Virus record (IMG/VR): IMGVR_UViG_2711768034_000010
Direction: 5' to 3' (one strand)
Length of the DNA stretch: 12,525 bases
Source: a virus
Lineage: Duplodnaviria; Heunggongvirae; Uroviricota; Caudoviricetes
The translations under genes were made by a program, and so were the position numbers. Below, piece by piece: positions 1 through 7,639 of this stretch (its first letter is position 1; each line of letters opens with the position of its first letter). The notes beneath the pieces are model-generated. The model had not been told where the DNA came from. It made no database searches and saw only the letters and a list, made by a program, of their open reading frames with translations.

Positions 1-282
1 CGCCAGTTCGCCCGGATGTTGGGACTTGAACCGAAGAACACGGCGGTGCGGAGTCCGGAGAGTAACGGAATAGCAGAGAGCTTCGTGAAAACGATAAAGC
101 GTGACTACATCAGTATCATGCCCAAACCAGACGGGTTAACGGCAGCAAAGAACCTTGCAGAGGCGTTCGAGCATTATAACGAATGGCATCCGCATAGTGC
201 GCTGGGTTATCGCTCGCCACGGGAATATCTGCGGCAGCGGGCTTGTAATGGGTTAAGTGATAACAGATGTCTGGAAATATAG
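1..282 (+). CDS. insD: IS2 transposase OrfB (InsD-type, rve integrase-core) C-terminal part; 5' end lies outside the window
   Basis: Frame-1 ORF open from base 1 to the TAG at 280-282. Translation ...[20 protein letters not shown]...[29 protein letters not shown] matches my memory of the IS2 InsD C-terminus. Confidence 0.75.
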
Positions 283-293
283 GGGCAAATCCA
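1..293 (+). mobile_element. IS2 (IS3 family) right end, partial; the element continues beyond the left window edge
   Basis: Transposase C-terminus is followed by GGGTTAAGTGATAACAGATGTCTGGAAATATAGGGGCAAATCCA ending at 293, which I recognise from memory as the IS2 right terminal inverted repeat. Not verified by alignment. Confidence 0.75.
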
Positions 294-666
294 ATGATCT
301 AGCGGCGCGACGTAAAGCGGCGTTGAAAGCAATTATAGTGACCGGCCGGCATTGGTACTTCACACGGTTAGAATGGCTCTGAAATAAAAAAACATCTTCT
401 GGATAGCGTTCTCTTCTACGAGCAATGATCCCCTCCACTGGAGGGGTTGATTTAACACGTAGCTCCTTCAGGTGACCCTGTTTTCGTATCAGTATCAAGT
501 CACCATCAATATCATCATATCGAATACTCAGCAGCCTTCCAGCGCTTAAACCCGTGTGAAAAATTAACGCCCACAAGTCAGCCCATGTATCTGAGATGGA
601 AACAAGATTGCTGTTAATAGTTAAAAATTGCTCAAAACTTATTGTTTTCTTACCGTTCACGAACAA
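294..666 (-). pseudogene. Tyrosine recombinase catalytic-domain fragment, 3' end cut by IS2 and no proper start
   Basis: Minus-strand ORF 253..666 contains FHTGLSAGRLLSIRYDDIDGD (box-I-like region with Ser where the Arg is usual) and RPVTIIAFNAALRRAARSL (patch preceding box II). The reading frame runs into the IS2 terminus at 293 before any HxxR...Y motif. The ORF opens with TTG directly after an in-frame TGA (679-681), so no N-terminal core-binding domain is encoded. Confidence 0.5.
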
Positions 667-743
667 ACCAAACTGTTTTCAAAGCTGAATGAATTGATTA
701 AGCCAAACGTAACATATCAGGAAAAGTAGTGAAATCTTTGCCT

Positions 744-956
744 TCAAGTCGCCGGGAGGTACTTGTAGATTGTTTTCACGTCCACGCCTGTCACATCAGC
801 CACCTGCTGCCGGGTAGCGCCGTTCTCCAGCATTCTGCGGCACCGCTCCACCACTTCTTCAGTCATTATCCGGCGGCGGCCGCCGACTCTCTCCTGCTCC
901 ATCGCTGCGGACCGACTCGGATGCATTCGGCAAATTCTAGGCCGTGATTTTTCCAA
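744..956 (-). pseudogene. Serine recombinase (Hin/Gin/Pin-type) C-terminal HTH remnant; catalytic domain absent
   Basis: C-terminal 45 aa GGRRRIMTEEVVERCRRMLENGATRQQVADVTGVDVKTIYKYLPAT resemble the C-terminal HTH of DNA invertases (compare Gin ...GGRPRAINKHEQEQISRLLEKGHPRQQLAIIFGIGVSTLYRYFPAS). The ORF starts with TTG; an internal ATG at 902 would give 52 aa. No upstream resolvase catalytic domain in frame. Overlaps the 3' end of the 266-aa gene. Confidence 0.35.
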
Positions 957-1737
957 TCCTCTCCATCAGATATGCCAGGATGACATCCAGTGTGCTGGTC
1001 CCATATGCATATTTGCCGGGGAAAACCAAACATTCTGACAAAACGGATGTTAACGGAGACACTGAACCATTGCCTGCTCCGCCAATACTCATTTTTTGAG
1101 ACGGGCTATACGCTGGGATTGTATAGCCCGTCACTTGTCGGCTGGTCACTGCAGACTGATCTGACCGCTGGTATGCAATTGCATAGGATCCAGCAGCCTT
1201 GTTAGAGCACATAACTACAGCGCAGAATAAAGATTGCCCTATATTGTTAGGAGTAAATGCCAGATCGGCCTCGATCCCTCCATTCAGAAAAATCGGGAAT
1301 GAACCTGCTGACGTTGTACGAATGCCGACGCCATGAGGTGTGCTTTCCTGGGTTGCGATAACCGCTCTGTCCTGTGGCGTAGCCGGAAGCGCCCCACCTG
1401 GCAGCTGATAGATGAATGCAAAAGTATTGATGTTTGCGTCCATAACCACCGCCGTATCACCAGCCATGCCGGATGCACCGGAGAAATTAAGCCCCTGCAA
1501 AACAGAACCATTCAGCTTTGTGGATGGCTCGAGGGTCTCCAGTGACTTGAAAAGTCCGCCATCTAATCGGTTAGAGATAGCTACTACTTTTGCACCAGAC
1601 CCCATTTTTAGAAACTCTGTCTTCACTGGTGTCCATACTGATGGGGATAGTTCTGAGATCGCTTTCTCTGCCGCTGTTTGTGAGTACACAGGGAGTAAGG
1701 GGTTATTCAGTCCAGTTAGTGTGTAAATCAGTCTCAT
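937..1737 (-). CDS. Hypothetical protein (266 aa) translationally coupled downstream of the tail-type esterase gene; possibly tail-fibre associated
   Basis: ATG at 1737 lies 9 nt after the upstream stop, with GAGGA overlapping that stop (minus strand TGAGGATAAAAAATG). Long ORF with no antisense alternative of similar length. No family recognised. Confidence 0.55.
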   Translation of the reverse strand: MRLIYTLTGLNNPLLPVYSQTAAEKAISELSPSVWTPVKTEFLKMGSGAKVVAISNRLDGGLFKSLETLEPSTKLNGSVLQGLNFSGASGMAGDTAVVMDANINTFAFIYQLPGGALPATPQDRAVIATQESTPHGVGIRTTSAGSFPIFLNGGIEADLAFTPNNIGQSLFCAVVMCSNKAAGSYAIAYQRSDQSAVTSRQVTGYTIPAYSPSQKMSIGGAGNGSVSPLTSVLSECLVFPGKYAYGTSTLDVILAYLMERIGKITA

Positions 1738-1746
1738 TTTTTATCC

Positions 1747-3741
1747 TCAGAAAACGTTAATACGAAAAGCGGGGAGCCAGTCGTAAAGAGTCACGGATGT
1801 GTCATACACCCATATGATTCCAGCGGAAGATCGAACACACCCTCTTGCACCAAGAGTCCGCCCGGAAGGTTTTACAGATGCGCCGCTCTGAAGTGGGTTT
1901 TCTGCTGTCGCATAGGAAACGCGCCCAAAACGTCCAGAGGGGGCGGTCGCCAGGTTAATCAGCACGCCCTTGCCGTCCGAGCTGATCGCGATGCTCGATA
2001 TAGCAGGTGGAGCACCAGTCTCATCCGTGTAGCTAAAGCCGTAATTGGCCAGACCGGAGGTGTTGATCGTAGTCGTGTCCAGCACCAGGTTCGTATACGC
2101 TGGGACATTGATTTGTATCTGCGTGGGTGAGTTCCACACGAAACTGGTCGGAACCATCCCTGACCAGCCGCTCGTAAACCACTCCTGGAGAAGCGCTCTC
2201 GCCACAGCTGCTCCGCGCCGGTTCTGGCCCGCACACGTCAAGTGCAGACCGTCTGAAATAAAATCGTACTGGTACAAACTATTGACCAGCCTGAATTGCT
2301 CTTTTCCGTGCAATCGCGTCGACGCCAGTCGCGCGTACTGGCCTGTAAATGCACCATGCCCGTCATTGACATACCCCAGCTGGGTAATGGCGATAATCGG
2401 CGGTTCGTTTTGACCCGTTCTTGCGATGATGTCGCTGGTGATTTGTCTCTGGTACTGCCTCATCCGTGATTCATACATTCCTTCTCGTAATCCTGACCAG
2501 TCCTCGTCGGACTCTCCCTGCATCCAGTCAACGCAGAGAACAATCGGCAGCCAGCCGCGTGCTTTACAGGCCGTTACGCAGTCTTCGATTGAATCGAGCA
2601 GATACTGATATACCTGGTTACCCCGTTTCTGGTACTCGTAAGCCTGACCAGACTGCGCACATACGATTGATAGCGTGCGCGGCATGATTCCGGTAGCTGC
2701 AGCCATATCGCGAATGAAGGTGTTCGCGAGGCCGCTTGCGGCCGTTTCTTTATCTGTCCCACTTACTGCCTCAACCAGTGGCACCAGAGTAGTGCTGCGT
2801 GTCCCTGTACGCCTAACCCCGCCGCTGAGCATGAAAGCGTTATCAGGATATATCGGCGTTGCTGCGACAATGGTTTGATCGGCGTCAGGACAATATCCTC
2901 GAGCGTTGGATTGCCCAGCAGTCACAAAGATAAAACATACAGGCACTGTCTCTGAGTAGGGGTACACAGTAGACCCTGACAAATGAAGTCCATACTCAGG
3001 GAGCTGGTTGGCATCATCGTCGCCACCACCACCGCCATTTCCGTTATTAACAGCTACCAGGCCACCGTCTGAGTAAATCCAGTGCTTCCCACCAACCGTA
3101 TAAGCTTCAACGATCTGGTTTGTGGTTGAATCAACCGTCATCCGCCACACTTTTTCACCGCCAATAAACTGCGGTATAGAACCCTCCCGGCCCAGCGCAT
3201 AGAGTTCGGATTCTTGTTGGGTTAAAAGTTCGTAATATTTTCCGTCAGGACCGATTTGAATTAATCTGCCGCTTGTATTTAAAAATGGAGCCACGCGGGA
3301 AGTCTCCGGATCATATGCTGCCAGGGTCACGCTGTCTGGCGATACCTGGTATGCGTAGTCGTCACGAACCATCCGCCGTCCGGTTGGCTGCAGCGTTCCA
3401 GCGAGGTTGATATACTCATCGGCCAGAGAGCTTCCGTCCTGACTGCGGACATAGGTTGTTGAACCTGCCGGAATATTCGCAATATCCGCCTGCGCCGCCG
3501 CCAGCGTCATGTACTGCCGGCTGAGAGGGATCAGGTTTTGGCGGGCTTCATCAATAACAGCGTCGGTAGCAGCTGCCATTTTTTTAGTAGCCCCAATTAT
3601 CGTATCCTGGGCGTTACCAAAACGATCTATAAAAGTATCGCTTTCGCTGTTCAGGAAATCATCGTACGCCAGGGCGTTATCATTCAGATCCTTCATGCTA
3701 TTTGAAGGTCTTGGATTGCCGGTATTATATCTTTTGTCCAT
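1747..3741 (-). CDS. Large tail-type protein with central SGNH/SASA-like esterase domain (putative O-acetyl esterase tailspike or tail fibre)
   Basis: Long minus-strand ORF. Motif FVTAGQSNARGY (GQSN block I of sialate-O-acetylesterase-type SGNH hydrolases) and, about 220 aa later, FISDGLHLT (DxxH block V). Start chosen at ATG 3741 (AGGA 7 nt upstream); in-frame alternatives at 3759 and 3810. Confidence 0.65.
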   Translation of the reverse strand: MDKRYNTGNPRPSNSMKDLNDNALAYDDFLNSESDTFIDRFGNAQDTIIGATKKMAAATDAVIDEARQNLIPLSRQYMTLAAAQADIANIPAGSTTYVRSQDGSSLADEYINLAGTLQPTGRRMVRDDYAYQVSPDSVTLAAYDPETSRVAPFLNTSGRLIQIGPDGKYYELLTQQESELYALGREGSIPQFIGGEKVWRMTVDSTTNQIVEAYTVGGKHWIYSDGGLVAVNNGNGGGGGDDDANQLPEYGLHLSGSTVYPYSETVPVCFIFVTAGQSNARGYCPDADQTIVAATPIYPDNAFMLSGGVRRTGTRSTTLVPLVEAVSGTDKETAASGLANTFIRDMAAATGIMPRTLSIVCAQSGQAYEYQKRGNQVYQYLLDSIEDCVTACKARGWLPIVLCVDWMQGESDEDWSGLREGMYESRMRQYQRQITSDIIARTGQNEPPIIAITQLGYVNDGHGAFTGQYARLASTRLHGKEQFRLVNSLYQYDFISDGLHLTCAGQNRRGAAVARALLQEWFTSGWSGMVPTSFVWNSPTQIQINVPAYTNLVLDTTTINTSGLANYGFSYTDETGAPPAISSIAISSDGKGVLINLATAPSGRFGRVSYATAENPLQSGASVKPSGRTLGARGCVRSSAGIIWVYDTSVTLYDWLPAFRINVF

Positions 3742-3781
3742 ACCTGTTCCTGTCTTCATCTTTTCAATGAAGCAATTAAGA

Positions 3782-3810
3782 TTGACGCCCCGCCCCTTCA
3801 GGGCTAACAT
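3782..3810 (+). promoter_or_regulatory. Candidate sigma70 promoter for the regulator/acyltransferase operon
   Basis: TTGACG (3782-3787), 17-nt spacer, TAACAT (3805-3810), about 33 nt upstream of the ATG at 3843. Hexamer match by eye only. Confidence 0.3.
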
Positions 3811-3842
3811 CGCCTTACGTGTTTAAACGGTTAAATAAGAGA

Positions 3843-4106
3843 ATGATTTTAATAAATAAATACACCCCTCCAACGCAGGAAGATTTAGCCAGACTGAAAT
3901 CCGCACTAAATTACTCCGGAAACCAAATGGCAGGGCTCGCAGGTGTAGCCAGCGATAGCCAATGGCGGAAATACACTGGCGGAGAGAGCCCCAGGGTAAT
4001 GTCAAGACACATACTGTTTTATATTGCAGCTCAGCTTGTTCTGTCTGATGAGCAACTTAACAATGTAATAAATAAAATGCGCGATATTGGCGCGGAGATA
4101 AAATAA
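3843..4106 (+). CDS. Small HTH (XRE/Cro-like) protein, 87 aa, translationally coupled to the acyltransferase
   Basis: ATG at 3843 within an ORF opening at GTG 3819. Segment GNQMAGLAGVASDSQWRKYTGGESPRVMSRHILFYIAAQL has an HTH-like pattern. Stop TAA (4104-4106) overlaps the next ATG (4106-4108). Confidence 0.55.
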   Translation: MILINKYTPPTQEDLARLKSALNYSGNQMAGLAGVASDSQWRKYTGGESPRVMSRHILFYIAAQLVLSDEQLNNVINKMRDIGAEIK

Positions 4107-5197
4107 TGCTTGGCCTAATAAGGTTTTTTTTGGCATCGTGCGTCATTGCTTTTCACTTAACGGCTCGCATACCTGCACTTGGCAACTTTGCAGTGAATTG
4201 CTTCTATGTTATTAGTGGTTTTTTAATAACATACATTTTGCATGAAACATACAAGTTCAACTTCTCTATGTTTTGGAAAAATAGAATACTGAGGTTATTC
4301 CCGGCATATATATTTTTTCTCGTCATGGGCTTTCTTATTATAAAATTAATTCCATCCGCAAAGGAATTCCACTCAAACTGGACAGGCAATTTCTTACCTG
4401 GAGATTTATTAGGAAACCTCTTAATCTTCCCCTGGGCTTTCCTTTCTGATAATGCTGTAGCAAATCCATTCGGTGCCTTTTCATCCATTTATCACTTTGC
4501 TATTGATGGTAATAGATTCAGAATAGTCACATCATCATGGTCAGTGGGTGTTGAGATAACATGTTATTTTTTATTGTGGCTTTTCATAGCCCGAAATAAA
4601 TTTACAGCCATTACGTCGATTCTGCTTTCACTGCTTTATCATGCTTACGTATATGTAGTACACCATTCTTTTGATATGGCGTATTTCCCATTCCTTGCTG
4701 CAACACTTCCTTTTAGCATGGGTTCTCTGGGTTATTTTGCCCATAGAAAGTTCAAAGCTATGTATCTTTCTCCACACAAAGCTTTTTTAATAACATTTAT
4801 TTGCATCGGGATTTTTATTACCAATTGGCATTTATATACAATTAATTCATTAGGTCAGTACAACATAATACTTTACTACACCAATAATGTAATAGCATTG
4901 TTTACAACCCTGGTATTATTAAAAATAAAGACAAACATACATCTTGAGAAAATACTCAAGTGGTTTGGTGACCTGGCCTATCCAATTTTTCTTTGTCAAT
5001 ATTTTGGTGGATTTCTAGCATGGCTTGCTATTGGTGGTGAAAATCGTGGCTTATCCATCTTTTTATTAGGCTACCCAATATCAATTGCACTTGGGATCGT
5101 TTGTGTAATATTAATAGACAAGCCACTAATTAAAATTAGAGCAAAAATAAGGGCGGACGCTCAAAGCAAAAATAATCAGGAAAACTCTTCAAGGTAA
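4106..5197 (+). CDS. Acyltransferase family 3 integral membrane protein (O-antigen/glycan O-acetyltransferase type, Oac/OafA-like)
   Basis: 363-aa strongly hydrophobic ORF with N-terminal signature FYVISGFLITY typical of acyltransferase_3 proteins. AT-rich relative to flanks (17/60 G+C hand-counted at 4801-4860). Confidence 0.85.
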   Translation: MLGLIRFFLASCVIAFHLTARIPALGNFAVNCFYVISGFLITYILHETYKFNFSMFWKNRILRLFPAYIFFLVMGFLIIKLIPSAKEFHSNWTGNFLPGDLLGNLLIFPWAFLSDNAVANPFGAFSSIYHFAIDGNRFRIVTSSWSVGVEITCYFLLWLFIARNKFTAITSILLSLLYHAYVYVVHHSFDMAYFPFLAATLPFSMGSLGYFAHRKFKAMYLSPHKAFLITFICIGIFITNWHLYTINSLGQYNIILYYTNNVIALFTTLVLLKIKTNIHLEKILKWFGDLAYPIFLCQYFGGFLAWLAIGGENRGLSIFLLGYPISIALGIVCVILIDKPLIKIRAKIRADAQSKNNQENSSR

Positions 5198-6018
5198 ACT
5201 AAACCATTCGCTCCTTTTCCTGATGAATAGTTACCATTCCCCCCGGCACCACCTGAGCCGGGGAAACCGCCATCATCGCCAGAACTACCGAAGTGGCCAT
5301 TGCCACCCGTTGATGAAAATGCAGATCCTCCAGCCCCGCCAATAAAAGCATCAGAACCATAATACAGACCACCTTGAGATATTCCGCCAGTAATATTTAA
5401 AATGTTCCCGCCACTTCCGATACCTCCAGCAGGAACTGTAGCCCCGCCACCACTCCCTCCAGTAGCTGAGATTAAACTCCCGAACCTTGTATCACCACCA
5501 TTCCCGCCTTTAGACGAGACACCAGCAGCAACAGCACTGCCACCAGTACCTATCGTCACAGATATAGTTTCGTTATCAGAAATATTAAATAACCCTTCCG
5601 AAAATCCACCAGCACAACCTCCAGATGCGCCCACACTAACTGGAGCATTCTGGCCACCTCCCCCCGCTCCCCAAACTTTCACCCGCACTCTTTTCGTCCC
5701 TTTAGTTGGAGTGTAAGTCCCTGACTTAGTAAAGGTGACAATATTAAGCAGGCGACCGCCACCAATCGCTTTAAGAACCTGTGAATCATCATCAGGATCA
5801 AGCTCAAGCCCCGCGCCCTCAACAACGTTTATGTGAACCTCGGCCAGATCTGAGGATGGCCGGGGAACGGCCCGCAGTTGCTCAATAATCGCCGCTCTCG
5901 CTGCCTGCTGGAACTTGCGCCCTGTCTCGCTTACCAGATGCCTGCCTTTCAGCGGTCCCTTGCTCGGGGCGCGCCAGTAACTATTTACGCTCGGTGGAAA
6001 TGGTAAAGTCAGTTTCAT
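5176..6018 (-). CDS. Chimeric ORF: RusA-like N-terminus (about 45 aa) fused to a glycine-rich C-terminal region
   Basis: N-terminus MKLTLPFPPSVNSYWR...GRHLVSETGRKFQQAARAAI parallels RusA (ITLPWPPSNNRYYR...RTHVSAEGQAYRDNVARII), but RusA's catalytic Asp cluster is not found. The remainder is Gly-rich (VKVWGAGGGGQ..., GGSGGG...). Good SD (GGGGG) 7 nt before ATG 6018. The 3' end overlaps the convergent acyltransferase by 22 nt. Confidence 0.5.
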   Translation of the reverse strand: MKLTLPFPPSVNSYWRAPSKGPLKGRHLVSETGRKFQQAARAAIIEQLRAVPRPSSDLAEVHINVVEGAGLELDPDDDSQVLKAIGGGRLLNIVTFTKSGTYTPTKGTKRVRVKVWGAGGGGQNAPVSVGASGGCAGGFSEGLFNISDNETISVTIGTGGSAVAAGVSSKGGNGGDTRFGSLISATGGSGGGATVPAGGIGSGGNILNITGGISQGGLYYGSDAFIGGAGGSAFSSTGGNGHFGSSGDDGGFPGSGGAGGNGNYSSGKGANGLVYLEEFS

Positions 6019-6027
6019 TTAGCCCCC

Positions 6028-6867
6028 TTAAAGGATCGCTACAACGTCTTTTGCGACTTCCCGCGTACTGCTTTTGCAGGAGATCGAACGGCGCGCGTTG
6101 ATGAATTGCAGGTTAAAACCATGCTCCCGGTACAGGTCGAGAACCTTCGGTACAGATGAGTTAGAAATCACTACCCGAGCCCCACGGTGAAAGGCTGATA
6201 CGCATTGCTTCGCCAGGTCTACCTGGTTCTCCCAGTTAAAACCACCAGCGGCGTAGGCGGTGAATCCGGTTGTTCCCGGCATCGGTTCGTAAGGCGGATC
6301 GCAGTAAACCACATCCCCTTTCCCGGCCAGGCTGATTGTCCGGCGGTAATCAGCCGTCATGAATACGCAGTTATGCGCCATAGCCGCGAAGGCTTTCATC
6401 TCATCCATCGGGTAATACGGAGCCTTGTAGCCTCCCCAGCCCACATTGAACTTGTTCGCCTGGTTGTAGCGCATCAGACCATTGAAGCAATGCCGGTTGA
6501 GATACAGGAATGCAGCTGCGCGTTCAGTAGCATCCAGCGTCTGAGAGTTGAACTCGGAACGGATCAGCTCATAGCGCTCTGGTGACCGCATGTGCTCGAA
6601 CATCCAGCGGGCCTTCAATTCCACTTCATCCGGCACGACCGCTAACATCTGATACAGATTAATCAGGTCCGGGTTAACGTCCGCCAGCAGGTAATCTGCG
6701 TGCTTTTCGCTGTTCAGGAATACCGACCCACCACCAACGAATGGCTCTACACGAACTGCACCGGCCCTGCTCCACCAGGAACTGGCCGCGCTACAAGTTG
6801 CGACCTGCGGTATTGTGTTGATAAACTGTTCATGCGTTAGTAATCTCCACTGATAACGACACGCCAC
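6028..6867 (-). CDS. N6-adenine DNA methyltransferase, Dam (D12) family
   Basis: Motifs VEPFVGGGSVFLN (FxGxG AdoMet site), FLYLNRHCFNGLMRYN, VVYCDPPYEP (DPPY catalytic) and INARRSIS align with E. coli Dam from memory. Start is GTG at 6867, the only in-frame start before the FxGxG motif; the N-terminal 40 aa align poorly to Dam. Confidence 0.85.
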   Translation of the reverse strand: MACRYQWRLLTHEQFINTIPQVATCSAASSWWSRAGAVRVEPFVGGGSVFLNSEKHADYLLADVNPDLINLYQMLAVVPDEVELKARWMFEHMRSPERYELIRSEFNSQTLDATERAAAFLYLNRHCFNGLMRYNQANKFNVGWGGYKAPYYPMDEMKAFAAMAHNCVFMTADYRRTISLAGKGDVVYCDPPYEPMPGTTGFTAYAAGGFNWENQVDLAKQCVSAFHRGARVVISNSSVPKVLDLYREHGFNLQFINARRSISCKSSTREVAKDVVAIL

Positions 6868-6894
6868 GACGCCAGGAGCTGCAACTCGCTGGCG

Positions 6895-7347
6895 TCACTT
6901 CTTTTTGCGTGAAAAAAGCGTGATGATTGCGGCAATCTCTTCTTCACGAGCTGCCAGGTGACGGCGGTGATGCACCATGATTTCTTCGGCCTCGTGCCTT
7001 TCAATAACGCCATCTTCAAGCGCCTGTTCGATAATCTGATCAACCTGCCCCCTGGCGGCAGAGGTACGCATTGCCCGGCTAAACAAGTCCACGCGGTCCA
7101 GTTCTTCCAGGTGCGGAACATCCACCAGCAGAGCACCACGACGGCGGGCAAAATATTCAGCCAGGTGAGATGTATTCGAGATGTCCTCCATCGCTTCCAG
7201 TTCGCTGACTTCGAAGAAACGACAGCCGTTTTTCTCGTAAAGGTTGTTGTTAAACTGCGTCACCGTCATTCCCAGTGCGCCAGCCATTGCTTCGCGCCCA
7301 CCTGGATATGCTTTGCACATAGATTTCACGACTTCTTTGAGGTTCAT
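6895..7347 (-). CDS. Phage CII-like regulatory protein (YdaT/CP76-type assignment tentative), 150 aa
   Basis: ATG at 7347 preceded by AAGGAG with 6-nt spacing (minus strand GAAAGGAGTAGGTATG). Lies immediately downstream of the Cro-like gene, as in lambdoid early-right operons. Family assignment from memory only. Confidence 0.55.
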   Translation of the reverse strand: MNLKEVVKSMCKAYPGGREAMAGALGMTVTQFNNNLYEKNGCRFFEVSELEAMEDISNTSHLAEYFARRRGALLVDVPHLEELDRVDLFSRAMRTSAARGQVDQIIEQALEDGVIERHEAEEIMVHHRRHLAAREEEIAAIITLFSRKKK

Positions 7348-7375
7348 ACCTACTCCTTTCAAACTCGGGTGGTAG

Positions 7376-7639
7376 TTACAAATTTGATGCAGTGACATTA
7401 AGCTTTCGCATTGCTGCACCTCTTAAATAGGCCCAGTCAATGTCAGGACGAAGCTCTTCGCAGGTGACAGCACCACCAGTAGCTTTCTCAATCGCAGGAC
7501 ATCGTTCCGCAGGTATTTGCCTAATGCCCGTTGTCCATTGATTCACTGTTGGTGATGAGATGCCTAGATTCCTTGACAAAGCGGCTTGTCCCCCAACAAT
7601 GCGGCAGGCTTCACTGATTGCTTCAAGGCTACTTCTCAT
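7376..7639 (-). CDS. Cro/YdaS-like HTH protein, 87 aa
   Basis: ATG at 7639 with AGGA upstream. Sequence LSRNLGISSPTVNQWTTGIRQIPAERCPAIEKATGGAVTCEELRPD matches the YdaS/Cro-like DUF1019-type HTH as I remember it. Divergent from the repressor gene. Confidence 0.7.
   Translation of the reverse strand: MRSSLEAISEACRIVGGQAALSRNLGISSPTVNQWTTGIRQIPAERCPAIEKATGGAVTCEELRPDIDWAYLRGAAMRKLNVTASNL

Noticed and set aside
729-947. Plus-strand 72-aa ORF
   Set aside because: Antisense to the invertase-type HTH remnant; His/Ser/Ala-rich with no recognisable features.
990-1040. Possible Gin/Hin-type crossover site (gix/hix-like) near the invertase remnant
   Set aside because: Only an AAAACC core is present (GGGGAAAACCAAAC); no matching inverted half-site, so no support for an intact inversion site.
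1959-2878. Several 60-120-aa ORFs on both strands inside 1747-3741
   Set aside because: Nested within the long esterase-domain ORF; Arg/Ser/Pro-rich translations typical of off-frame reading; no start signals.
5402-5716. Plus-strand 104-aa proline-rich ORF
   Set aside because: It is the antisense mirror of the Gly-rich minus-strand ORF (GGN codons read as NCC); low-complexity artefact with no start context.
6958-7395. Plus-strand 145-aa ORF, and similar 6205-6585 and 6837-7151 ORFs
   Set aside because: They lie antisense to or out of frame within the Dam and CII-like genes, which have recognisable motifs; no SD or family signature of their own.
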